From Candidatus Hermodarchaeota archaeon (GTDB lineage: Archaea; Asgardarchaeota; Heimdallarchaeia; Hodarchaeales; Hodarchaeaceae), in the NCBI GenBank assembly GCA_048886185.1, contig JBHLKY010000001.1:284046-316045 (forward strand): a stretch of DNA of 32,000 nucleotides, given 5' to 3'. Below are positions 14,965 through 24,777 of the stretch, piece by piece; position 1 is the first letter of the stretch; each line of letters opens with the position of its first letter. The notes below the pieces were generated by a model. That model worked only from the letters and a program-made list of their open reading frames with translations. It made no database searches and was not told the DNA's origin. A program made the position numbers and the translations under genes.

Positions 14965-16200
14965 CTATGATTCTGGAGCATAATTTTTAGCCATTTCTGC
15001 TCTGGAAATTACAATTCGTTGAACTTCATTCGTCCCCTCGTAAATCGGCGTAATTCGAACATCGCGATAATAGCGTTCGACATCATATTCCTTGATATAT
15101 CCATAACCACCATGCATTTGAATTGCTTCATTAGTGACTTCTTGTGCAATTTCTGATCCGTAAAGTTTAGCAATTGACGCATACTCTGAAAAATCCTGTT
15201 TCAAATCTTTCATTCGGGCTGCAGAGAGGTATGCCAGTCGTGCAGTGTGGATTTTAGTGTACAAGTCAGCAAGTTTCCATTGAGTCGCTTGAAAGCTCTC
15301 GATAGGCTGTCCAAATTGCTTTCTGGTCTTCACGTACGTTGCTGCTTTTCTATAAGCAGCATCAGCAATACCAACTGCTTGGGCTCCAATACCGATTCGT
15401 GCGGCTGCTAACTCATATAGAACCACACTGAAACCGCGATCAATTTGGCCTAACACATTTCTTTTAGGGATTATGGCTCCATCGAGTAAGACTTCAGCAG
15501 TAGCGTTACTATGAAGGCCTAGTTTTTCTTCTATTCTTGCTATCTTGAACCCAGGGTTATTTCCTGTTTCAATGATACATGCAGTCAATCCTCTGGAACC
15601 TTTTTCTGGAGATGTGGAACCTAAAAAAAGATATGTATTTGCTATTCCAGCATTTGATATAAAGTTCTTCGTACCATTAACAACATAATGGTCGCCTTCG
15701 TCAACCATATTTGTTTTTAACGATCCTAAATCTGATCCTGCCCCTGGTTCTGTGAAAAGAAGTCCACCAATCAGTTCTCCACTTGCTAGCTTAGGTAAAT
15801 AATATTCTTTAGCCTCTTCCATACCAAAGGTCTGAATGACGTCGTAGGAGGAGTTTTGTAAACCGAAGAGTAATGATGTTCCTGCATCAGCACGAGATAT
15901 ACGTTCATAGCAGGCGTTGGTAAGTGTAAACGATAATCCTACTCCTTCGTACTTTTCTGGGATAGCTAAGCCCATCAAATCATTTTCTGCAAGTTTTTTG
16001 ACAATTTTGTATGTCTGTTCAGGATAAGTAATCTTTCCTGTTTGAACATCAAACTTACAGCCCTCCTTATCCATTTCTTGGGCATAGGGTTCGATTTCTT
16101 TCTTGCATAGTTCATCCATGAGATCAAGAACCATCTCATTTTGTTCCGTTTCTTCCTTATTATATCCAAATGTAGCCAAAATTTGTAACAAATCTTTCAT
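14965..16200 (-). CDS. Acyl-CoA dehydrogenase (ACAD family)
   Basis: FTEPGAGSDL, NGTKNFISN, EEKLGL, RKQFGQPI..FQ, IQMHGGYGY, IYEGTNEVQR. ATG at 16200 (GTG alternative at 16206). Confidence 0.96.
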   Translation of the reverse strand: MKDLLQILATFGYNKEETEQNEMVLDLMDELCKKEIEPYAQEMDKEGCKFDVQTGKITYPEQTYKIVKKLAENDLMGLAIPEKYEGVGLSFTLTNACYERISRADAGTSLLFGLQNSSYDVIQTFGMEEAKEYYLPKLASGELIGGLLFTEPGAGSDLGSLKTNMVDEGDHYVVNGTKNFISNAGIANTYLFLGSTSPEKGSRGLTACIIETGNNPGFKIARIEEKLGLHSNATAEVLLDGAIIPKRNVLGQIDRGFSVVLYELAAARIGIGAQAVGIADAAYRKAATYVKTRKQFGQPIESFQATQWKLADLYTKIHTARLAYLSAARMKDLKQDFSEYASIAKLYGSEIAQEVTNEAIQMHGGYGYIKEYDVERYYRDVRITPIYEGTNEVQRIVISRAEMAKNYAPES

Positions 16201-16260
16201 TAACACTAACCATCCATACTTTTGATGTTTGGTAGAAACATTTTCTGATTAAACAAAATT

Positions 16261-16536
16261 TCATACTTTGAATTCGCTGAAAGCGTGACAAATTTGAGAG
16301 AGTTTTTCCGCATAACCTTGGGAAATGTTGAATTTTTGTCTAACTTTCCATTCTCCTGCTTTATTCTTTTGCCAACCGTACAGCCTGATTTGATGTTTTC
16401 CTCCTCCAGTATCTACCAGAACAATAGCTTTAAGCCAAGCTGCGGTCTTTGCTAGACGTTTTCCAGCAACTACTTTTAATGTTTTACTAACAGGGAATTC
16501 TTCTATATTATCAGTGAGTAACTCGCGAAGTAACAT
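16261..16536 (-). CDS. Small basic protein, possible PC4/YdbC-like ssDNA-binding fold
   Basis: QIRLYGWQKNKAGEWKVRQKFNISQGYAEKL resembles PC4 [22 protein letters not shown]. ATG at 16536 with GAGG upstream. Confidence 0.55.
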   Translation of the reverse strand: MLLRELLTDNIEEFPVSKTLKVVAGKRLAKTAAWLKAIVLVDTGGGKHQIRLYGWQKNKAGEWKVRQKFNISQGYAEKLSQICHAFSEFKV

Positions 16537-16592
16537 ACCAATTCCAATCCTCAAGCTATCTTATATCAATAGAACTTCCAATACTGGTTCAA

Positions 16593-16615
16593 TTTTTATC
16601 ATTCTTTGATAAAAA
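16593..16615. promoter_or_regulatory. 9-bp AT-rich inverted repeat upstream of the small basic protein gene
   Basis: TTTTTATCA-ttctt-TGATAAAAA. Confidence 0.3.
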
Positions 16616-16796
16616 AATGTTTCGATTCTTATCATAATGTAGTTAATTTCTAATCAACATTTTAATCTATTTTACAGGTAATAAATGGTGATACGTCTCA
16701 AAATCCTGCTATTAAAATTACATAATCTTATCTGTGTGAAAAAAAGGTAGTTTTCCAGAGCTGTGAAAATACCGGAAAATTCTATTACATTTTTAT

Positions 16797-17831
16797 TTAG
16801 TTACTGTTTAAATAAAGGTGACATGCAACAAAATGTCCATTCCCTACTTCAAGAAGCTCTGGTTCTTTTTTCGGACAAGAATCGACTGCTTTTGCACATC
16901 TTGTATGGAATCGGCAACCACTTGGGATGTTAACTGGACTGGGAACCTCCCCTTTTAAAATAAAACGCTCTTTCTTTTGAGTTGGGTCTGGAATGGGAAT
17001 CGAAGAGAAAAGAGCTTCAGAGTATGGATGGAGAGGTTTCTTATAGAGATGTTCAGTAGGCGCTAGTTCAACAACCTTTCCAAGATACATGACACCTACT
17101 CTAGTGCTTATGCATTCAACAACACGAAGATCATGACTAATGAACAAATAAGTTAAATCCATGTCTTTCTGGAGTTCCACGAAAAGATCAAGAAGTTGAG
17201 CCCTTACTGATACATCGACAGAAGAAGTTGGTTCATCTAGCAGTACAAAATCAGGTTTTGTTACCAAAGCTCGTGCTATCGCTATTCTTTGCCTTTGTCC
17301 CCCACTGAATTCATGAGGATAGCGATAAAGATGAACCTCCCCAAGGCCTACTTTTTGAAGTATTGACAAAGTTCTTACTCGAAGCTCAGCTCCTTTAGCT
17401 AATCCCTGAACCTTAAGGGGTTCCCCAACTACGTTCTTAATAAGCATTCTTGGATTGAGTGAAGATGAAGGGTCTTGGTACACTATCTGCATTCTTCTTC
17501 GTAAATATTTCAACTTTTTTCCCTTATATGTTGAAAGATCGTGTTGGGACCTGATCTTTTGAAGCTGGGAGTTATTAACTTCAGAAATCGGGTCAGTTTC
17601 TGGTAGATCAAAATATATATGTCCTGATGTTGGCTCATAAAGTCTTAAAACAGTTTTTCCAAATGTGGTCTTACCACAACCCGATTCACCGACTAATCCA
17701 AAGCACTCACCCTTTCTTATACTTAGACTTACTCCATCGACAGCTTTAACATCTCCCATTTTCTTCCTAAAAACACCTCCAGTCACATGGAAGTATTTTT
17801 TTAGGTTCTCGGTTTGAAGTAGGATTTTCAA
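16797..17831 (-). CDS. oppF: Oligopeptide/dipeptide ABC transporter ATP-binding subunit (OppF/DppF-like)
   Basis: GESGCGKT, FSGGQRQR, LLDEPT, C-terminal NIPSGCRFHTRC...ACH. A TTG at 17831 overlaps the oppD TGA and has GGAG upstream; ORF track start is 17867. Confidence 0.95.
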   Translation of the reverse strand: MKILLQTENLKKYFHVTGGVFRKKMGDVKAVDGVSLSIRKGECFGLVGESGCGKTTFGKTVLRLYEPTSGHIYFDLPETDPISEVNNSQLQKIRSQHDLSTYKGKKLKYLRRRMQIVYQDPSSSLNPRMLIKNVVGEPLKVQGLAKGAELRVRTLSILQKVGLGEVHLYRYPHEFSGGQRQRIAIARALVTKPDFVLLDEPTSSVDVSVRAQLLDLFVELQKDMDLTYLFISHDLRVVECISTRVGVMYLGKVVELAPTEHLYKKPLHPYSEALFSSIPIPDPTQKKERFILKGEVPSPVNIPSGCRFHTRCAKAVDSCPKKEPELLEVGNGHFVACHLYLNSN

Positions 17832-19024
17832 TTCAAATTCTCCTTCTGATTGGAATAAAGATGACATGAAACTACATGTTCCTTAAAGACCACAGTAGTA
17901 GGAATCTCTTCAGAACACTTTGGACTTGCATTGGAACATCTCGGATGAAATCGACAACCCGATGGAGGTGTGATCAGGTTTGGTACTATTCCTTTGATAG
18001 ATTTGAAATCCTCTCCAGGTTTCGGAATTGATTCGAGTAATGCTTTTGTATATGGGTGGAGCGGATTTTTAAAAAGTTCGAAGACATCTGTGATTTCTAC
18101 AACGTTTCCAGCATACATAACACAGACTCGATCACACATTTCAGCCACTACACCCATATCATGGGTTATATAGATGATAGAAGAATTAAATTTCCTTTTT
18201 AGTTCTCTGATAAGCTGAAGTATCTGAGCTTCGATGGTTACATCCAAATTGGTTGTTGGTTCATCACAGATCATTATCTTTGGGTTACACACGAGACCCA
18301 TTGCAATTACAACCCTTTGTTGCATCCCTCCACTGAGTTCATGGGGGTACATCTTAATAATCCGCTCTGGGTCTGGTATTTTCATTTCTTTAAGGATTGA
18401 AATAATCTCTTTTCTAATCTCCAGCCTCAATTTATTATGAAATCTCCAAATAAGGGGTATTTTAGAAAGGATTCTTAATCGTACAGAATTGTGATTTTTA
18501 AGCATAATTCTGTATGTCATCCTCTGAAATCTATAAATGGCCATCTTAAACCTTTGTTGTAAACGAATGATTTTTGCCTCTGACGATAGTTTTTCTATAT
18601 CTTTTTCTATGGTTTCCAAAGTATTTCTAATGAATTCAGCTTTTCGATGGTGGATTATCACTTCTGCAATTTGTTCTTCAACAGTGAAAAGGGGATTTAG
18701 GGCTGAACGTGGTTCCTGAAATATCATTGAGATATCCTTCCCCCTAATGGTTCTTAGAGTAGCCTCATTATGACTCAATATGTCTTGAGTTCCACGTTCA
18801 TTCTTAAATAATATTCTCCCACTGATTATTTTTCCAGGAGAAGGTGTTAAGACGAGTGTTGAGAACCCAGTCATAGATTTTCCACATCCTGTTTCCCCTA
18901 CAATCCCTAAAGTTTCTCCTACTTTCATAGATAAATTAACTTTCTCCAGAGCTTTTACAACACCCTCATATGTGTAAAATCTTAGTACAAGATCTTGGAT
19001 TTCCAGAATATTTTGGTTTTGCAT
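17828..19024 (-). CDS. oppD: Oligopeptide/dipeptide ABC transporter ATP-binding subunit (OppD/DppD-like) with about 70-aa insertion
   Basis: GETGCGKS, ELSGGMQQR, CDEPT, THDMGVV, PPSGCRFHPRC. Confidence 0.95.
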   Translation of the reverse strand: MQNQNILEIQDLVLRFYTYEGVVKALEKVNLSMKVGETLGIVGETGCGKSMTGFSTLVLTPSPGKIISGRILFKNERGTQDILSHNEATLRTIRGKDISMIFQEPRSALNPLFTVEEQIAEVIIHHRKAEFIRNTLETIEKDIEKLSSEAKIIRLQQRFKMAIYRFQRMTYRIMLKNHNSVRLRILSKIPLIWRFHNKLRLEIRKEIISILKEMKIPDPERIIKMYPHELSGGMQQRVVIAMGLVCNPKIMICDEPTTNLDVTIEAQILQLIRELKRKFNSSIIYITHDMGVVAEMCDRVCVMYAGNVVEITDVFELFKNPLHPYTKALLESIPKPGEDFKSIKGIVPNLITPPSGCRFHPRCSNASPKCSEEIPTTVVFKEHVVSCHLYSNQKENLN

Positions 19025-19152
19025 TCGTTATGCCTCAATAGTGAACATAAGATCTCATTCAATAGTCATCCGTTTTTTGAAAAAGAATCTTTCTCAAAGA
19101 TGCAGTTCAAACTTAGTGTTACTCTTTATTTCTTTAAATTATTTATAATAAG

Positions 19153-19189
19153 CTGTTCTTAATCTAAATCCTTATCGGGATTAGAACAG
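19153..19189. promoter_or_regulatory. Imperfect 11-bp inverted repeat in the oppD/oppA divergent region
   Basis: CTGTTCT(T)AATC-(14 nt)-GATTAGAACAG with one bulged base. Confidence 0.35.
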
Positions 19190-19270
19190 TCTCTTAATCA
19201 CCCTAAACATTTTTAAGTATCGACTTCGTCTATAAATCGCTTCTTTTAAGGAAAAAAGGAGTACTGAAAA

Positions 19271-21133
19271 ATGAAACAATTGAGTAGAATTAAGATAATC
19301 GTCTTTTTCTTCCTCATTCTGATGATAACAAATCTTGTATCAATAGCAGTTGGAAGAACAGACGAAGATACGCTAGTTACCACAAATTATGGGTATGCAG
19401 ATCAATTAGATCCTGCTTTCGCTTATAATGGTGGTATAATTCAAATGATGCATGTCTATGAGACACTAGTATCCTTTGATAAAGAAAAAGTGGATGAATT
19501 TATTCCTGTCCTTGCCACTACGGTTCCAACAACAGCTAATGGGGGAATTAGTGCTGATGGTTTGACTTATACATTTACCATCCGCGAAGACGTCAAATTC
19601 TCGAATGGTAATGATTTGACCCCTGAAGATGTGGAATATTCCTTTGAGAGAATGTTGGTTGCAGATCCCGATCAGGGACCAATATGGATGCTTTACCAAC
19701 CCTTTTTAGATGACTATGGTAGTAGAGATTGGGAAACAGGAGAAATTTATTATAATGCAACAGATTTACAGGATATTGTTGAAGTTGATGGTAATGATGT
19801 TATCTTTAATCTCGCAAAACCGTTTCCATCATTCTTACAAGTACTATCATTAAGTACAGGCCTTATTATTGACAAAGAGTGGGCCATAACCAAGGGTTGT
19901 TGGGATGGAGATTGGAATACTTGGAAAGACTACAATAATCCTGAAGAAGCCCCGTTAGTGGACACAATGATGGGAACAGGCCCATATAAGCTTGATAAAT
20001 TAACACCTGGTCCTGGTGGAGAAGTAATAGTTGTTGAAAACGAAGATTATTGGGGTACAGCACCAAAACTTAAGAGAATACACTGGAAGTTTATTGACGA
20101 ATGGAGTACAAGGAAACTTTCTTTCCTCCAAGGTGATATTGATATCCTAGGTCCAGAAGATCCAGCACATGTAGAACAACTTAGAGGTGAAGAAGGTGTT
20201 ACTATCATCGAGGGATTAAATGCCACAACAACAGTCTGTATGATTTTTAATTTTAATATCGCTCCAGATAGCGAATATACTGGAAGTGGTTTGCTTGATG
20301 GTGATGGAATACCAATCGACTTTTTCAATGACACAGATGTAAGGTTAGGATTCGCTTATGCCTTCCCCTATGAGACTCTTATCAACGATACAATGCTTGG
20401 GCAAGCAATACAGCTAGTTGCTGGTATACCTAATAATATTCCTTACTTCAATCCAGACCAAGAGGGATTTTCATATGATAAAACAAAAGCAACACAACAC
20501 TTTCAACAGGCTTGGGATGGTGAAGTGTGGGAAAATGGATTCACATTTCAGATTCCATACGACACTGAGGATGACATTGCCCTTGCCTCAATCGATATGC
20601 TTGCAGAAAGTTTAGAAGATATCAATTCCAAATTTGTGGTCGAGAAGATAGGTCTTGGACCTAATAAATATTATGCAATGGTCGATGAAGATTATCCCTG
20701 TCCTGTACCAATACGACCTGACGGTTGGTGGTGGCCAGACTTCGCGGATCCCGACAACTTTTACGCTGGAGCATATTTGGGTGACTGGGGCTATTATTCT
20801 TGGAATATGTTTGTTAGTACTTCAGAGATTGAAGATTTAATCGCGACTGGATCAGGAACTCTTGATAAGACAGTGCGGAGAAATACTTACTATGAACTCC
20901 AAGAACTATATGTTGATGAAGCCTTGGGTATTCCCCTCTTTCAAGTAGTTGATAATTACGTGATGCGGGATTATGTAGAAGGATATTACTATAGGCCCCT
21001 TTGGCAAGACGTAAACTTCTTCTGGTACTTCGATAAGGATTATGGAGGCCAGGTTCCTGGATTTGCTTTGTTAACTGGATTATCAGTGTTTGTTGTTCTC
21101 ATCTTAGCCAAGAAATCTCGAAAACTAAAATAG
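19271..21133 (+). CDS. oppA: ABC transporter substrate-binding protein, family 5 (peptide/nickel), with PGF-CTERM anchor
   Basis: Signal peptide; LDPA, YETLV, PVLAT, YTFTIREDVKFSNG..LTPEDV.YS, GTGPYKL; C-terminus VPGFALLTGLSVFVVLILAKKSRKLK. Confidence 0.95.
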   Translation: MKQLSRIKIIVFFFLILMITNLVSIAVGRTDEDTLVTTNYGYADQLDPAFAYNGGIIQMMHVYETLVSFDKEKVDEFIPVLATTVPTTANGGISADGLTYTFTIREDVKFSNGNDLTPEDVEYSFERMLVADPDQGPIWMLYQPFLDDYGSRDWETGEIYYNATDLQDIVEVDGNDVIFNLAKPFPSFLQVLSLSTGLIIDKEWAITKGCWDGDWNTWKDYNNPEEAPLVDTMMGTGPYKLDKLTPGPGGEVIVVENEDYWGTAPKLKRIHWKFIDEWSTRKLSFLQGDIDILGPEDPAHVEQLRGEEGVTIIEGLNATTTVCMIFNFNIAPDSEYTGSGLLDGDGIPIDFFNDTDVRLGFAYAFPYETLINDTMLGQAIQLVAGIPNNIPYFNPDQEGFSYDKTKATQHFQQAWDGEVWENGFTFQIPYDTEDDIALASIDMLAESLEDINSKFVVEKIGLGPNKYYAMVDEDYPCPVPIRPDGWWWPDFADPDNFYAGAYLGDWGYYSWNMFVSTSEIEDLIATGSGTLDKTVRRNTYYELQELYVDEALGIPLFQVVDNYVMRDYVEGYYYRPLWQDVNFFWYFDKDYGGQVPGFALLTGLSVFVVLILAKKSRKLK

Positions 21134-21185
21134 TCCAACGGAGCTTCTATCCTCTTTCTCCCCCTTTTTTTATTTTATATTTCTT
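21134..21185 (+). terminator. Pyrimidine/oligo-T terminator-like tract after oppA
   Basis: TCCTCTTTCTCCCCCTTTTTTTATTTT shortly after the stop. Confidence 0.55.
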
Positions 21186-21362
21186 CTAAATGTGAGAACT
21201 AGAATTTGGGTGTGTAAATGGATCCCACTACAAGAAGGATGAAGAATTCAGAACAGAAGAATAGACAGAAGGATATATAATAAAATAAAATAACCTATCA
21301 CTAGATTTTTAATCGATTCCATATGATCAGAAAAATAACAATCTAAATAGGAGAACTTTTGT

Positions 21363-22394
21363 TTGCGGATGAGATCATATATAATTCGACGGATTCTGCT
21401 TGTCATTCCAGTTTTATTCGGAGTCACTTTAGTAATTTTTTCAATTTCGATGTCTTTCGGTCCTGACCAAAGAGCACTTTTGTATGCAAAGAGTCCAAAG
21501 GCACGGAGAAATCTACCAGCGATAATTGAAAAGTATGGCTTGAATGATCCTGCTTATGTTCAATACTTTAGCTGGTTATCACAAATTCTTCATGGTGATC
21601 TGGGGTGGTGTGAAAGATATGGTATGCTTGTAACAGAATCAATATTGATGTTTCTTCCTGGTACAATAGAGCTTGTTCTCTTTTCTGCTCCTTTTATTTT
21701 CATTGTTGGAACACGATTAGGTGTGAGGTCTGCAGTGAATCGGAACTCTTTAACAGATTATCTTATCAGATTCTTTTCTATTATTGGTTGGTCTCTCCCT
21801 ACTTTTTGGTCCGCAATTCTGTTATTGGCTATATTCTATGGTTTTCTCGGATGGTTTCCTCCAGGAAGATTGGGATTAAACGCTCAATACGTGGTAGAAT
21901 CTTCAAACTTCCATAGGTATACTCACCTTAATACAATTGATGCTTTACTAAATGGAAACCTTTTTGTGTTTGTAGATGCGTTACGCCATCTTGTTTTACC
22001 TGTTGTAAACTTGGTAATAGTAAGCTCAGCTTTGATAGTATTAGTAATGCGTTCAAGCATGCTTGAGGCTCTAGGTAAGAGTTACGTTATTACAGCGAGA
22101 GCTAAGGGGTTAAGTGAGAAAGAAGTTATTCATAAACATACTAAAAAGAATGCCATTATTCCTGTTATCACCATCTCGGGATTAATGTTTGCAGGAATGA
22201 TAACTGGATTAGTTGCCACAGAAGTGGTTTTCTACTACCAAGGTCTTGGTTATTGGGCTGCTGATGTTACGCTTCATCTTGATGTACCTTCAATACTGGG
22301 TTTCGGCCTTTTTGTAGCTGTCATATTTGTCATAGCAAATCTAATTGTTGATGTGTTATATGCCTACATAGATCCCAGAGTTCGATATGATTAG
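21363..22394 (+). CDS. oppB: Peptide ABC transporter permease (OppB/DppB)
   Basis: YIIRRILL, GLNDP..VQYF.WL..IL.GDLG, TARAKGL EAA loop, VIANLIVDVLYAYIDPRVR. Confidence 0.95.
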   Translation: MRMRSYIIRRILLVIPVLFGVTLVIFSISMSFGPDQRALLYAKSPKARRNLPAIIEKYGLNDPAYVQYFSWLSQILHGDLGWCERYGMLVTESILMFLPGTIELVLFSAPFIFIVGTRLGVRSAVNRNSLTDYLIRFFSIIGWSLPTFWSAILLLAIFYGFLGWFPPGRLGLNAQYVVESSNFHRYTHLNTIDALLNGNLFVFVDALRHLVLPVVNLVIVSSALIVLVMRSSMLEALGKSYVITARAKGLSEKEVIHKHTKKNAIIPVITISGLMFAGMITGLVATEVVFYYQGLGYWAADVTLHLDVPSILGFGLFVAVIFVIANLIVDVLYAYIDPRVRYD

Positions 22395-22408
22395 TGTGAG
22401 GTGATTTC

Positions 22409-23338
22409 ATGACAACTAAATCTCGATTTCAACGTTTAAGCTCTAGACCTGAAATAAAAGAGTTACGTTTTACTTTGAACATGTTAAGAAAGAGTCCGCT
22501 ATCGATTATTGGTATAACAATTATTCTATTTTTCCTTTTTATCGCTCTTTTTGCTGAGGTTCTAGCTCCACCTGAACCAGGAAAAAATCCCTTTTTTGTT
22601 CCAAGGGCTGGTTACTCACCTCTTCCAAAGCCTCCAAATCAAGAACATCCCTTTGGCACTACTGGCTTTCAGTTTGACATATATTATGGGTGTATTTGGG
22701 GCACTAGAACCGCATTCTATGTTGGAATATCAACTGTTGCGTTTTCTTTAATTGTAGGTACAATAGTAGGTAGTATAGCTGGTTATTATGGTGGAAAATC
22801 TGATGAAATAACTATGCGAATAACTGATGTTTTTTATGCTATTCCTTATTTAATTCTCGCTATGTCTTTTATCGTTGCTTTTGGTACAGGTATTGATAGT
22901 GTTATATTAGCTTTAGTAATTGTTTATTGGCCTGGTTATGCTAGAGTGATGCGTGGCGAGTTTAAACGAATTAGAGAAGAGGATTTCGTTGAAGCAGCTA
23001 AAGCTATTGGCTGTTCAGACTTTAGGATAATAACTAGGCATATTCTCCCAAACACTATATTCCCTGCTTTAATTATGGCTGCTCTAGACAGTGGAACCAT
23101 TGTTCTTGTAGCAGCCACATTAAGTTTCCTTGGACTTGGAGTTCCACATGGATATGCAGATTGGGGACAAATGATAGCATTTTCTCGTGACTTTATAACA
23201 GGTCTTCCTGGAGATCCGTTTGCATATTGGTATACTTTTATGATCCCAGGGATATTCATTTTTACATTCGTTCTTGGATGGAGTCTACTAGGGGATGCTT
23301 TAAGGGATATTTTGGATCCAATGATCAGAAGAAAATAA
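22409..23338 (+). CDS. oppC: Peptide ABC transporter permease (OppC/DppC)
   Basis: HPFGT, EDFVEAAKAIG, HILPN, LSFLGLG, LLGDALRDILDP. Confidence 0.95.
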   Translation: MTTKSRFQRLSSRPEIKELRFTLNMLRKSPLSIIGITIILFFLFIALFAEVLAPPEPGKNPFFVPRAGYSPLPKPPNQEHPFGTTGFQFDIYYGCIWGTRTAFYVGISTVAFSLIVGTIVGSIAGYYGGKSDEITMRITDVFYAIPYLILAMSFIVAFGTGIDSVILALVIVYWPGYARVMRGEFKRIREEDFVEAAKAIGCSDFRIITRHILPNTIFPALIMAALDSGTIVLVAATLSFLGLGVPHGYADWGQMIAFSRDFITGLPGDPFAYWYTFMIPGIFIFTFVLGWSLLGDALRDILDPMIRRK

Positions 23339-23444
23339 AATTATTGAGTCTCCCCACAAAGGAATCAACACTTTTTAGCCAAATATAGCAGTTGAAAGTC
23401 AAACCATGTTAATTGGATTATTGAAAACTCATAAGGATAAATAG

Positions 23445-24689
23445 GTGATCAAGCTGAATGACGAAGTCTTTCAAATCTCGAAAGATCCTGACTTTACCCG
23501 AGGAGAATACCAATCTCGTCATCAAAAAGCCCGGGATTTGATGGAAAAGCAGAATTTAAACGCTCTTTTTATTTTAGAAGAAACTAATTTAACTTACTTT
23601 TCTGGATTCAGAAAAATAATTCCGTATGGATCAAAATCACGAACCTATATGCTACACTTTTTTATACTACCTATTGATGAGGATCCTGTTTTGATTTTAC
23701 CTCTTGAAATGAGAGGAAATGCTGAATATATGACTTGGGTAGAAGATGTACAATTTTTTTATGATAATGATCCTGTGGATTTAGTTATACAGACTTTCAA
23801 TGAACTTAAGCTTACTAAGGGGATCATTGGTTGTGAGTTAGGTGATAGAACCAGACTTGATTGCTCGTGGAATGATTTTGAAGCTATAAGACTTGGGTTA
23901 CCAAAAGCTAAATTAATAGACGCAGCTCCACTCAATTGGGAGCTACGAACTGTTAAATCCGCTGCAGAAATCGAATATTTGCAAAAAGCTTGTGATATGA
24001 GTCAGATTGCGCTTAGGGCTGGTTTTGAAGTAGCTCATATTGGAATGACTGAAAAAGAGCTATTTACAGAGATTGCTAAAGCAGCTTTAGACGAAGGAGC
24101 TGGAGATTTACCAATTAAGATAGATTATGTGGTCGTATCAGGACCTGAGCGCCACTTGTTGTATGATACACGCCCTTCAAATAAAAAGTTCAGGAAGGGA
24201 GATATCGTGATCGTCGACGGTGGTGTGGCTTATAAAAGTTATTGGTGTGATTTTACACGACTGGCTTGCATTGGAACTCCTAATCAAAAACAAAAAGACA
24301 TGTATGAAACAGCACTTGATGCTCTGATTGTGGCCTTAAGTACGGTGAAGGCGGGAGTGACTATCTCTAATGTGAAAGGAGCAGCTGATGAATTATTCCG
24401 TGAACGGGGTTATGAGGAAAATAATCTTGATACTAGTTGCGGCCATGGAGTAGGGTTAGAAATTCATGAACCTCCATCTATTAGTCGATTAAACGAAACA
24501 TTACTGAACTCTGGAAATGTATTAGCCATAGAGCCAATGATTTATGCTACGGCCACAATTAAATATATGCAAGAGGGAATAGCAAAAGGAGAAAGGACTT
24601 GTGATTTTTTTCTTGAAGATAATATCGTAGTAACGTCAAATGGTTTTCAAAATTTAACCCCAATGGATCGTGAACTGTGGATAATTTAA
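23445..24689 (+). CDS. M24B Xaa-Pro (di)peptidase / prolidase family
   Basis: Creatinase-like N-domain; RTVKSAAEIE; metal ligands in IVDGG, CDFTR, GHGVGLEIHE, IEP, LED. Confidence 0.92.
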   Translation: MIKLNDEVFQISKDPDFTRGEYQSRHQKARDLMEKQNLNALFILEETNLTYFSGFRKIIPYGSKSRTYMLHFFILPIDEDPVLILPLEMRGNAEYMTWVEDVQFFYDNDPVDLVIQTFNELKLTKGIIGCELGDRTRLDCSWNDFEAIRLGLPKAKLIDAAPLNWELRTVKSAAEIEYLQKACDMSQIALRAGFEVAHIGMTEKELFTEIAKAALDEGAGDLPIKIDYVVVSGPERHLLYDTRPSNKKFRKGDIVIVDGGVAYKSYWCDFTRLACIGTPNQKQKDMYETALDALIVALSTVKAGVTISNVKGAADELFRERGYEENNLDTSCGHGVGLEIHEPPSISRLNETLLNSGNVLAIEPMIYATATIKYMQEGIAKGERTCDFFLEDNIVVTSNGFQNLTPMDRELWII

Positions 24690-24777
24690 TCTGGAGAAGA
24701 ATTGTTAATTTATTTGTCAATCAATAAATTGGACTAACTAATTCCCTGAAACAAGATATTAATTAGTTTCAAAGGAA

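Noticed and set aside
17832-17867. 40-bp oppD/oppF overlap as a special feature
   Set aside because: Disappears if oppF starts at TTG 17831, giving the common 4-bp start/stop overlap with an RBS.
24700-24777. AT-rich inverted repeats between the convergent M24 and MFS genes
   Set aside because: Low complexity and in the expected place for ordinary terminators; not distinctive.
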